Shown: positions 40,871-49,073 of the stretch, in pieces
Layout: every line of letters begins with the position of its first letter
How positions within the stretch are numbered: the stretch's first letter is position 1
Translations under genes and position numbers: made by a program
NCBI GenBank assembly: GCA_964653725.1
Contig: CAZZHK010000007.1
Coordinates: forward strand, 35,629-99,628
Reading direction: 5' to 3'
Length of the DNA: 64,000 nucleotides
DNA from: an uncultured Planctomycetales bacterium
GTDB taxonomy: Bacteria; Planctomycetota; UBA1135; CAZZHK01
Notes under the pieces: generated by a model
Seen by the model: the letters and a program-made list of their open reading frames with translations, nothing else
What the model was told of the DNA's origin: nothing
The model's database searches: none

Positions 40871-43513
40871 TTAGAAACTCGCGCCGTACCCGATTTCAAG
40901 ACCGTTGGTAGCCGTCACTCCTGAGGGACCAGAAGGATCCACCAAGAACACCTGATGGAAGAACGTAGTGCCCTCCAAGCTATTGGGAATCCAAACAGGC
41001 AGCGTCCAGTTGCCAGATCCAGGCTCCGTAGCCGTCCCTCCCACAGGTAAGAGTCCCCATGCAACAGGAACCACGTAAGTCGTGAGGCCCTGCAGGGGCG
41101 TGTCTGCCAGCACAGTAGATGCTGTCCCAAACGCGAACACGCTGACTGTTTCGGGCGCCGCACCCGTCAAAAGGAACCGTACTGTCTCACCAACCCGAAA
41201 CGGCCCGGTCACACCCAAGGTCGGCGCGGTTTGCCCTGAGCCGGGGGTCCCGAAACCGTACTGGCGTCGCACGCCCGCATCAGCGCCGTGCACATAGCGG
41301 TTCCGGTAGAGCATCGAGCTGACACCATCCTGGGAGCCGACCAAGTCCGGATCACCATCACCATCTAGGTCAAGGACAGCTATCGGCCGCAGCATCTGCT
41401 GAGACGGGCTCTCAAATCCGTGAGCAGCGGGCTTCTTGAGGTAGATCCAGGAGGCATTGTCCGCGTAAACACAGTGGGGCACCACAAGGTCGTCCCATCC
41501 GTCACCATTCACGTCCACAGCCAGGACCGTGCGGGTGGAGCCATACGTGACGGAACCCACCAGCAGTTCGCTGCTAAACCCACCTTGACCATCGTTCCAT
41601 GCGATGGCTGGAAGCACGGCAGGGGGATTGTGAGTGGTTACGCCAGCGATATCCAGGTCACCGTCCTTGTCCAGGTCCGCGACAGCAATCCTGTCAAACG
41701 TGTTAGAGACGATCAGCGGAACAGTGAAGGCCGGACCAAAGGCAGATCCGCCAAGCCCCGGATGGATTGTGACTACACCTTTCCGGCCAAGCAGGTCGGG
41801 AATGCCGTCGCCATTAAAATCGGCGACATGGGTGATGAACTCGCCGAAGAGAGGCCCCTGGCTGAAGACGCCGCCGTTGTTCCACCACAAGCGGGTCTGC
41901 GTCGGCAGGTCATAAGAACGCACCAGGAGATCCAGGTCTCCGTCGGCGTCGGCGTCCGCAGCAGTAGAGGTATCGGGATAGTCCACCTCCCCCGGCGCCG
42001 TAAGGTTGAAGTCGATGCCGGGTGTCGCAGCAGGGCCTGCATCAGAGAAGCCAGCGCCCCCGTTGTTCACGAGCAGGCGCATCTCCTGGAAAGTCCCGCC
42101 GCTCAGTAGCCGCACGACCAGATCAGTATCGCCATCACCGTCGAAGTCGCCTGCAAAGCCCTTGCCCTGGTAGGCGGCCCCGGAAGGCGGAAGGGGAAGC
42201 ACCGGTGCCGAGGGCGCAAACGATCCGTCGCCAGCATTCGCGATGAAACTGCCTGCTCCGCACTCGAGGTCCGGATCACCGTCCCCATCCAGATCCACAA
42301 TGCCCCGCTCTGCGGCCTTGAATGCACCGACACCCGGCGTGGGATGGGCAGTGAGCGGAGCAGGGGCATAGTAGATGCACCGTCCGCCCACCAGGTCAAC
42401 GTCGCCGTCACCATCAAGGTCAGCCGATCCCGCCAGATGGCTCGAACCGATGCCCGCGAACTCCGCAGCCGGTGTAAACGCACCGGTCCCGTCGTTCCAG
42501 GAAACGGTGAATAGGGAAGGGTCGTCATTGATGAACGTTTGTCCGCCACCGCCACCGCCACAGCACATGGCGTCCAAGTCGCCATCGCCGTCGATATCGT
42601 CCATGTGCATCGTGCGAGGTCCCGCGTACCAAGACTGCCCACCCTGCTGGACGGGTTCCGCCGTGAAGGCCCCGGGACCGGTGCGCCGCAGGACGGCGTA
42701 CTCTCCCTCTCCGAAGACCACGATGTCTTCGTCTCCATCGCCGTCTAGGTCTCCAGCACCAGGCATGGGCCTGGCGATGTTGTGGACGATGCCCTGAGGC
42801 ACTCCCAGCACGCCATTTAGCACGGGGTAAAGAGCCAGGTTGTCCCCCGTAGCTGCGTACAGGTCCGGCCGTCCATCCCCGTCCACCTCCGACACACCGA
42901 TAACCCAGTCACCACCCGTGGCCAGCGTGGCCGTGGATCTCAGCAGAAGCGACTGCCCTTGTCCCTGGTTGATGTAGATGTGGAGCACGCCCCCTGCCAC
43001 CACCGCGAGATCATCCAGGCCATCCTCGTTGAAGTCGGCTACCGCCAAGTTCTTCACTGTCGCACCCATCGTCATGGACGCGTGCAACTGTGGGAGCCAC
43101 CACCCTTGGGAAGCGCTGTAGAGCCGAACATCCTCGTTCAGCGCGATCACGAAGTCGTCACGACCGTCACCGTTGAAGTCGCCCACCTCTGTTTTGACCT
43201 CTAGTTGGTAGTACGGGCCTGAATAGCCGAGTTGAAACACCCACACACTGTTCAAAGTCCCGGCGCCATCGTTCCGGTAACCGACGACATCGACCTTCCC
43301 CCACGAGTAACTGTGCCACCACCCGATCGCATCCATGGATCCGTCATCGTCCAGGTCCAGCAATTCATCGAACTTACGGGTTCCCGAAAGGACTACGACG
43401 GGCGCGTCATAGAACGCCAGCTCCTCCTGACTCGGCGCAACCGGAACCAAAAGGACCAACCCCAGAAGAGCTGTTGAGACGCGGGACCGGAGGCGGAACA
43501 CGGCGTTCGTCAT
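40871..43513 (-). CDS. Secreted FG-GAP/VCBS (integrin-alpha-like) repeat protein with C-terminal beta-rich module
   Basis: Start taken as the ATG at 43513 (MTNAVFRLRSRVSTALLGLVLLVPVAPSQ signal). More than ten repeats of the D.DGDGD.DL / DFNGDG type are present. GC is visibly lower than in the flanks. Confidence 0.85.
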   Translation of the reverse strand: MTNAVFRLRSRVSTALLGLVLLVPVAPSQEELAFYDAPVVVLSGTRKFDELLDLDDDGSMDAIGWWHSYSWGKVDVVGYRNDGAGTLNSVWVFQLGYSGPYYQLEVKTEVGDFNGDGRDDFVIALNEDVRLYSASQGWWLPQLHASMTMGATVKNLAVADFNEDGLDDLAVVAGGVLHIYINQGQGQSLLLRSTATLATGGDWVIGVSEVDGDGRPDLYAATGDNLALYPVLNGVLGVPQGIVHNIARPMPGAGDLDGDGDEDIVVFGEGEYAVLRRTGPGAFTAEPVQQGGQSWYAGPRTMHMDDIDGDGDLDAMCCGGGGGGQTFINDDPSLFTVSWNDGTGAFTPAAEFAGIGSSHLAGSADLDGDGDVDLVGGRCIYYAPAPLTAHPTPGVGAFKAAERGIVDLDGDGDPDLECGAGSFIANAGDGSFAPSAPVLPLPPSGAAYQGKGFAGDFDGDGDTDLVVRLLSGGTFQEMRLLVNNGGAGFSDAGPAATPGIDFNLTAPGEVDYPDTSTAADADADGDLDLLVRSYDLPTQTRLWWNNGGVFSQGPLFGEFITHVADFNGDGIPDLLGRKGVVTIHPGLGGSAFGPAFTVPLIVSNTFDRIAVADLDKDGDLDIAGVTTHNPPAVLPAIAWNDGQGGFSSELLVGSVTYGSTRTVLAVDVNGDGWDDLVVPHCVYADNASWIYLKKPAAHGFESPSQQMLRPIAVLDLDGDGDPDLVGSQDGVSSMLYRNRYVHGADAGVRRQYGFGTPGSGQTAPTLGVTGPFRVGETVRFLLTGAAPETVSVFAFGTASTVLADTPLQGLTTYVVPVAWGLLPVGGTATEPGSGNWTLPVWIPNSLEGTTFFHQVFLVDPSGPSGVTATNGLEIGYGASF

Positions 43514-43559
43514 GTTACCACCTCCACAACCCCCCGCCATGGGCGAGTACACTGCCCGA

Positions 43560-45023
43560 ATGCGACTCTCCCTGCCGTCGGCGTGCGCCACAGTGCTGGC
43601 CACGTGCATGTATCCAGCCGCCGCCAATACACAGGACAGAGCGTCCGCGGACTGGACCATCCTGGTCTACGGGGCCGTTGACAATGACTGGGAGCGCCCG
43701 TTCATGCGAGACGTGCGCCATCTGCGCCAATACAGCGAGGGCATCAAAGGGGTCGAGATCGTCCTCCTAATCGATCGTTCGCCGCGCTACTCAAGCGACA
43801 CGCGTGCACTGGGCGAGGATTTCTCGGATACGCGCCTTTATCGGCTGACCGGCGGCCGAGCCGACCGGTTGGACGGTCGCCCGGGACTACCAAGCATTAC
43901 GAGAACCTCCGAGACGGAACTGAATTCCGCGGACCCCGCGACGTTGCGGGGCTTCATTCAGTTCGGCAAGAAGCACTTCCCGGCCCGCCACACCGCGGTC
44001 TTCGTGGTGAGCCATGGCGAAGGCATGAACTTCTGCCCTGACGAGACCGGGAATGACAGCTTGATGTACCCCGCACAGATCACCGACGTCCTGACCTCCG
44101 CCGAGTCCGTCGACCTATTCGGCATCGATGCCTGCCTGATGGCCGGGATCGAGAACGCCTACCAGTGGCGCAAGCCAACAGCCGACAGAGCCGCGGACAA
44201 GTGGCAGGCGGACGTCCTCATCGCCGCCGCACCGGTGTCCAGCGCTTGGCCCTACCGCGAGATACTGCAACGCATGGGTGGACGGAGACAAGAAGATGAA
44301 GGCCCCAGCGAGACTCATGTGGCTACCGCGGACCCAAAGACCATGGACGCACGCGCATTCGGCAGCCTGATCATCGAAGAACTCAAGACCCAGATAGTCG
44401 GAGGTCGCTCAGGCGATGAGGGACTGGAACTAGACCTGCAGTCCTGGGGCGCCTTCGACCTGTCCCACGCCGCAAGTGTGAAGAGTTGCGTCGATGCTCT
44501 GGCCGTGCAGTTGTGGAAGGACGATGCCAAGAACGCCGTTCTCAACCTGCGAGGCTCGGGGCTGGATGCGGAAACCATCGTCTATGTCTGGCCTGAGCGG
44601 GGCTCCGAATACCGCATGCCCCATGTGGACCTCTACGACCTATGCCGCCGCATCGCAGCCAGCACAGACTTCTCGGATGAAGCCCGCAAAAATGCTGGTG
44701 AGGCCGCCCTGGCAGTTGACGACTTTGTCATCAACTCATTCGGACTCAGCCACTACGAGGAGTTCGTGCCTGGAAGGGGCGGGATCTACGTGACGCTCCC
44801 CGACGGCAACAAGGTGCGCAAGGAACGTAACTACTGGGAACTGGCGGACTGGTACGCCCCTGGCCCCTGCGTCGTATCTGACGCTGGGTACGGTCGCTAT
44901 GCCTGGTGTGCCGACGGCGCTCAGCCCGCCAACGGCGTAGTCGAGAACTGGTTCGAGATGCTCGACGCATGGTTTGATCCAGGCCCCGCCGACCTGGGCG
45001 GATCCAACGGCTACGCCTGGTAG
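43560..45023 (+). CDS. Clostripain-like cysteine peptidase (family C11)
   Basis: DWTILVYGAVDNDWE, VVSHGEG (the His) and FGIDACLMAG (the Cys) are present. Start placed at the signal-like MRLSLPSACATVLATC (43560). 43539 is an alternative. 43512 would overlap the divergent FG-GAP gene. Confidence 0.8.
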   Translation: MRLSLPSACATVLATCMYPAAANTQDRASADWTILVYGAVDNDWERPFMRDVRHLRQYSEGIKGVEIVLLIDRSPRYSSDTRALGEDFSDTRLYRLTGGRADRLDGRPGLPSITRTSETELNSADPATLRGFIQFGKKHFPARHTAVFVVSHGEGMNFCPDETGNDSLMYPAQITDVLTSAESVDLFGIDACLMAGIENAYQWRKPTADRAADKWQADVLIAAAPVSSAWPYREILQRMGGRRQEDEGPSETHVATADPKTMDARAFGSLIIEELKTQIVGGRSGDEGLELDLQSWGAFDLSHAASVKSCVDALAVQLWKDDAKNAVLNLRGSGLDAETIVYVWPERGSEYRMPHVDLYDLCRRIAASTDFSDEARKNAGEAALAVDDFVINSFGLSHYEEFVPGRGGIYVTLPDGNKVRKERNYWELADWYAPGPCVVSDAGYGRYAWCADGAQPANGVVENWFEMLDAWFDPGPADLGGSNGYAW

Positions 45024-45031
45024 GACCGTAG

Positions 45032-45358
45032 ATGCTCAGAAAGCCCCTGGCGGGGACCCTTGTCTTCGCAGGGGTGCACCTCCTTGCATTTTTCGGCGCA
45101 CTCTTCGTGTCCATGGATTCTCTCTACTATCTGGACGACCCGGGCTGGTCCCCATCCATGGTTCATCGGGCGGCCGACACAATCTCCAGCCTCCTCGGCT
45201 TTCCTGCAATTTGGATTTGGACGCACTACCGCCTGGGTCCCGTCGTCCCTGACATCTTTGAGTGGCTGTTTCTTTTGGCGAACAGCCTGCTGTGGGGCGC
45301 CTTCCTTAGGCTGTTTTGGTGCGCCCGGCGGGATTCGAACCTCCGACCTCCGGTTTAG
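45032..45358 (+). CDS. Small hydrophobic protein whose last ~13 codons are read from tRNA-derived sequence
   Basis: Three hydrophobic segments are present. The ORF runs into the tRNA-Arg fragment (...LFWCARRDSNLRPPV*). Confidence 0.45.
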   Translation: MLRKPLAGTLVFAGVHLLAFFGALFVSMDSLYYLDDPGWSPSMVHRAADTISSLLGFPAIWIWTHYRLGPVVPDIFEWLFLLANSLLWGAFLRLFWCARRDSNLRPPV

Positions 45359-45376
45359 GAAACCGGTGCTCTATCC
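45317..45376 (-). repeat. Direct repeat B1: 3'-terminal ~60 nt of a tRNA-Arg(CCT) gene (att-like fragment, not a functional tRNA)
   Basis: tggtgcgcccggcgggattcgaacctccgacctccggtttaggaaaccggtgctctatcc matches 47805..47864 with 4 mismatches. The 5' acceptor and D-stem are missing, and the T-stem has two mismatches. Confidence 0.85.
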
Positions 45377-45412
45377 GGAAGGGCGGGTGGACGAGGATGT
45401 CCAAACCGCTTC

Positions 45413-45727
45413 TTGATCGAGCGCTTTTGGGCCGCCGACGAGTGGGAGAACGTGCGCCCCCAGCGCGGCCGCATGGGCAAGTTCCGTGAGGAGGTGCGCG
45501 AGGGCCGGCCCTCCGCCGCCCTGCAGCGCATCCTCAGCTCGGTCTACTTCCTGCGCTGCCAGCTCGTCCACGGCGGCGCCACGCTCGGCGGCAGCCTCAA
45601 CCGCAACACCGTCGAGCCCGCCGCCCGGCTCCTGGCCCTGCTCGTACCCCAGCTGATCGCGCTGGTGATCGATGCCGGCGAGGGCGCCGACTGGGGCGAG
45701 CTGTGCCACCCGCCGGTGCGGGACTGA
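45413..45727 (+). pseudogene. 5'-truncated HEPN-like gene (Rx4H motif)
   Basis: The frame is open only from 45359, inside the tRNA fragment. There is no ATG, only a TTG at 45413. The C-terminal part carries VYFLRCQLVHGGATLGGSLNRNTV, an R-x4-H HEPN-type motif followed by HGGAT. Confidence 0.35.
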
Positions 45728-45857
45728 GCACGAACCCAGCCATCAAGGCCCCTGCCTCGCGATCCAGCCTCTGCGTGCGGGTGCGGGGAGGGCCAGCTCG
45801 GACTCCGGCCGCGCCCGCGGACCATCTGCCCGTGCTTCGTCTACACTCGATCCGGGC

Positions 45858-47210
45858 ATGAAGCGACTCCTGTATCTCTCCGCCGGGCTGCTCTGCCTGG
45901 GCTCCCTCTCCAGCGGGGCGCAGCTCTACAGCATCGAGGACGTCGGCACGCTGAGCAGCGACCCGAACCACGAGGTGCGCGCCCACGGCATCAACAACCG
46001 CGGGCACGTGCACGGCGAGAACGACCTGGCCGCTCCGGCAGGGGCCGGCAAGACCAACGGCTTCTTCTGGGATGGGCATCAGCTGCACAAAATCCTCCCG
46101 CTCGTGCCCGCGCTGAGCTTCGGCGGCGGCATCAACGACGCCGACCAGTGCGTGGGCTACTCGAGCGCGGGGGGCGTGAAGATCCACGCCCTGTCCTGGG
46201 AGGGTGGCGTCACGAGCGACATCCACAGCGGCGGCCTGGAGTTCAGCCACGCCAACGACGTCAACGCTGCGGGCTGGGTGGTGGGGACGAACTCGGACTT
46301 CGTGCCCGGCTACTTCATCTCGCAGTTCCGGCCCTACCTGCGCGCTCCGGCCGGCGGCTGGATCGATCTGGGCACCCTGGGCGGTGGCTCGGGCTTCGCC
46401 GAGGCTGTGAATGACCACCAGAGCGTCGTCGGCACGGCGCGCAACGCGAGCGAGCAGACGCGCGGCTTCTACTATTCCCAGGCCACGGGCATGCTCGAGC
46501 TACCCACCTTCGGCGGCCCCCTCACCGACCCGCGCGACATCGACAACCAGGAACGCGTGGTCGGCGGCAGCATGGACGCGAGCTCGTCCTATCGGCCCTT
46601 CGTGATGCTGCCGGGCGGCATGCTCGACCTGGGCACCCTGGGGGGCCCGAGCGGCACGGCGCGCGCCATCAATGAACACGGCGAGATCGTGGGCGCATCC
46701 AAGGACGCGGGCGACGTCCAGCGCGCGACCCTGTGGTCCGGCGGCCAGGTGCACGACCTGAACGCGCTCATCCCCGCAGGCAGCGGCTGGGACCTCACCG
46801 GCGCGCGCGGCATCAACGAATTGGGCGAGATCGCGGGCACCGGGTGGATCGGCGGCCACCGCCGCGCCTATCGCCTGACGCCGATCCTGGGCCAGCCGCG
46901 CCTGTCCGGCTTCCAGCCCGGGATCGCCGGCGTCCACAACGCTCTCTTCGGAATGGGCTTCCAGCCCGGCGCGGTGATCTTCCTCGCGGTGGGCATCGTG
47001 CCCGGGAGCACGCCGCTGCCCGGCTGCGCGGGCGTGGCGCTGGACATGCTCGCACCCTACCTTCTTGCCTTGGTGCTCGCGGACGCCGACGGGCGCATCG
47101 AGCTCCCGCTGGGCGTGCCGGCCAGCGTGGCCGGCATCCCGCTCCTGCTGCAAGCCGTCGACCCGGTGGCCTGCGAGCTGAGCGAGCTACGCCCGCAGAA
47201 CTTCCAGTAG
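45858..47210 (+). CDS. Secreted HAF-family extracellular repeat protein with C-terminal beta-rich module
   Basis: Start taken as the ATG at 45858 (MKRLLYLSAGLLCLGSLSSGAQ signal). The repeats GINNRGHVHG, INDADQCVGYS, VNAAGWVVGT, VNDHQSVVGT, IDNQERVVGG, INEHGEIVGA and INELGEIAGT are present, with DLGTLGG spacers. Confidence 0.8.
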   Translation: MKRLLYLSAGLLCLGSLSSGAQLYSIEDVGTLSSDPNHEVRAHGINNRGHVHGENDLAAPAGAGKTNGFFWDGHQLHKILPLVPALSFGGGINDADQCVGYSSAGGVKIHALSWEGGVTSDIHSGGLEFSHANDVNAAGWVVGTNSDFVPGYFISQFRPYLRAPAGGWIDLGTLGGGSGFAEAVNDHQSVVGTARNASEQTRGFYYSQATGMLELPTFGGPLTDPRDIDNQERVVGGSMDASSSYRPFVMLPGGMLDLGTLGGPSGTARAINEHGEIVGASKDAGDVQRATLWSGGQVHDLNALIPAGSGWDLTGARGINELGEIAGTGWIGGHRRAYRLTPILGQPRLSGFQPGIAGVHNALFGMGFQPGAVIFLAVGIVPGSTPLPGCAGVALDMLAPYLLALVLADADGRIELPLGVPASVAGIPLLLQAVDPVACELSELRPQNFQ

Positions 47211-47309
47211 CGCACGGCCCAAGCCCCGCTCTCCCTGCCTCTCGCCATGCCCAAGAAAGCCAGCAACGTGTAGGACCTCGCAGTGCCCTCGTCAAGCATC
47301 AACGGCCAC

Positions 47310-47348
47310 ATCCACGAACTCGTCGACCGCATCCGCACCCCCGGCTGA
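47310..47348. repeat. Direct repeat A2: orphan copy of the symporter gene 3' end
   Basis: 38 of 39 positions match 40471..40509. In frame it reads HIHELVDRIRTPG*, against HIHDLVDRIRTPG* in the intact gene. Similarity drops abruptly on both sides. Confidence 0.9.
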
Positions 47349-47361
47349 GTTTCTTGCCCCC

Positions 47362-47778
47362 TTAGCCGGCTGTTGCAGCCCGGCGATTGACCTCCATACG
47401 ACCCGCCTGCCAGGCAACCACGAGGTAGAGCGGAAGTTCAATCATCGTCCAAGTCGGCGCTTCGACATTCATCGTCATCATGATCCCTCCCGCCAGGGAT
47501 GCCATTCCTACGGTCATCGCAAGCATCATCGGACTAGACGACCCGAGCCTGGCGGCCACCCAGCCACCTACGAAGGACTGACCGAGGTGCGCCGCCATCA
47601 CCACAAAGAAGCCCAGGGTCGGCAGGATGGCGATGTATGCATTCAACTGGTCAGGATCGTTCATGTCCGTCCCGGTGGGCATTGGAAAGAGCACGTAGGC
47701 ATTGAACATGACGAGCGCCATGTTCACGCCCATTCCGACGGCAAGACCGAGAATGACGACGAAGATGTTTCGGATCAT
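47362..47778 (-). CDS. Small four-TM membrane protein
   Basis: The protein starts MIRNIFVVILGLAVGMGVNMALVMF... and is hydrophobic throughout. GC is lower than in the flanks. It lies between repeat A2 and the tRNA. Confidence 0.6.
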   Translation of the reverse strand: MIRNIFVVILGLAVGMGVNMALVMFNAYVLFPMPTGTDMNDPDQLNAYIAILPTLGFFVVMAAHLGQSFVGGWVAARLGSSSPMMLAMTVGMASLAGGIMMTMNVEAPTWTMIELPLYLVVAWQAGRMEVNRRAATAG

Positions 47779-47804
47779 CAGGCCCTCAATATACTCGGCA
47801 GGAT

Positions 47805-47881
47805 TGGTGCGCCCGGCAGGACTCGAACCTGCGACCTCCGGTTTAGGAAACCGATGCTCTATCCAGCTGAGCTACGGGCGC
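47805..47881 (-). tRNA. tRNA-Arg (anticodon CCT), CCA encoded
   Basis: The reverse complement folds by hand as GCGCCCG-TA-GCTC-AGCTGGATA-GAGC-A-TCGGT-TTCCTAA-ACCGG-AGGTC-GCAGG-TTCGAGT-CCTGC-CGGGCGC-ACCA. All four stems pair, and the anticodon loop is TT-CCT-AA. Confidence 0.9.
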
Positions 47882-47912
47882 TCGCGCCCTTGGTACACCA
47901 GATGAGGGGGCT

Positions 47913-49073
47913 GTGCTACAAGGGCCGGACGCCGTGATCAGTTCGCTTGCCTTCGTAGCCTGCGCCGCCGTGCTGCCCCAGCAGTGCGGCCGATGCGACG
48001 ACACGGGGCTGGAGGTGTGCCGGGAGCACGACCCGAAGCGCTGGGATCCCGAGGAGGAGCCGTCAAAGGAGTCGCCGGCAATCCGGTGCACGCTGGCCGC
48101 ACAGTGCGGGACCTGCCGCGGAACGCTCATGAAGAAATGCAAGGCCTGCACGCGCGGGCCCGAGGAGCATGCGGACCCGGCCGGGGCGGCCGGCGACGCG
48201 GTGGCGGCGTGGGCCGCAGAGCGCAGGAAACTGGAGGAGAAACTGGGACGCGACGAGGACGACGATCCGCTGCTCCACATGGAGTCCGCCCATTTCCGGC
48301 TGCTCTGGAACGCGGGCCGCATCAAGGTGGGCCGCAAGACCCTCGACGTGCACGCCTCCGCACACATGACGCTGAGGCGCATGGAGGCGCTCTACGAGGA
48401 GTTCTGCGAGCTGACCGGCCTGCCCGGCGTCCACACCAAGGCCGACCTCTACCTCTTCGACGACGTCACCGACCAGGCATTTGCTTCCCTGGCCTGGACC
48501 GGAAACACGTCGCGCACCGGATCCAAGCGGATGGGATCGATGATGGTCTTCAGCCTCTACAGGGATCCGGGCCGTCTGGGCCGAGACGAGGACCTGCACC
48601 GCTCTCTGCGCCACAACGTGACGCACCTGCTCCTGTCCAACGCCGGCAATCAGAGGTGGGTCGGCAACGTCCGCGGCGGCTGGATGGACGCCGGGCTGGC
48701 ACACGTGATGGAGGAGCGGCTGGACGGCCTGTGCACCAACTTCTGCTACCAGGAGCAGAACTCCGGCATCGACTTCCGAGGCGGGCGATGGAAGAAGGCG
48801 GTCCGTTCAATGTGCAAGACCCGCCAGTGGGTGCCGCTGGCCACCGTGATGGGCCGCAACACCAACACGCTGACCGCGCCAGAGCACGCCCAGGCGTTCT
48901 CCATCGTCGAATTCCTGCTCAGCCGGGGCGCGGACGACTTCGCCCGCGTGGTGGGCATCCTCAAGGAAAAGCGGCCGGCGCGAGAAGCCCTGCGCGAGGT
49001 CTACGACGAGAACGTGCTGGAATTCGAGCAGGCGTGGCGCGCCTGGGTGCTGGCGACCTACTCGTCACGCTGA
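47913..49073 (+). CDS. Secreted protein with two CxxC...C zinc-finger-like motifs and a DUF1570/peptidase-MA-like C-terminal domain
   Basis: GTG start (47913 or 47934) with a signal- or lipobox-like LAFVAC. CGRCDDTG..C and CGTCRGTLMKKCKAC are present. HNVTH sits where HExxH would be expected. The family call is tentative. Confidence 0.55.
   Translation: MLQGPDAVISSLAFVACAAVLPQQCGRCDDTGLEVCREHDPKRWDPEEEPSKESPAIRCTLAAQCGTCRGTLMKKCKACTRGPEEHADPAGAAGDAVAAWAAERRKLEEKLGRDEDDDPLLHMESAHFRLLWNAGRIKVGRKTLDVHASAHMTLRRMEALYEEFCELTGLPGVHTKADLYLFDDVTDQAFASLAWTGNTSRTGSKRMGSMMVFSLYRDPGRLGRDEDLHRSLRHNVTHLLLSNAGNQRWVGNVRGGWMDAGLAHVMEERLDGLCTNFCYQEQNSGIDFRGGRWKKAVRSMCKTRQWVPLATVMGRNTNTLTAPEHAQAFSIVEFLLSRGADDFARVVGILKEKRPAREALREVYDENVLEFEQAWRAWVLATYSSR

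Larger units (their letters stand above)
40510..47309. mobile_element. Putative degenerate (integrase-less) integrated element or insertion between repeats A1 and A2
   Basis: The segment is flanked by the 39-nt direct repeat derived from the symporter 3' end. It contains lower-GC genes, two 3'-end gene remnants and a tRNA-Arg 3' fragment. No recombinase gene is visible. Confidence 0.35.

Noticed and set aside
40681-40899. Two overlapping short ORFs (40681..40899- and 40692..40874+) in the gap before the FG-GAP gene
   Set aside because: They have no motifs and poor codon bias, they overlap each other, and they lie in decayed intergenic DNA. They are most likely non-coding.
45317-45390. The second tRNA-Arg-like sequence as a functional tRNA gene
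   Set aside because: There is no 5' acceptor strand or D-stem upstream, and the T-stem (GGAGG/CCCGC) has two mismatches. It is treated as an att-like fragment.
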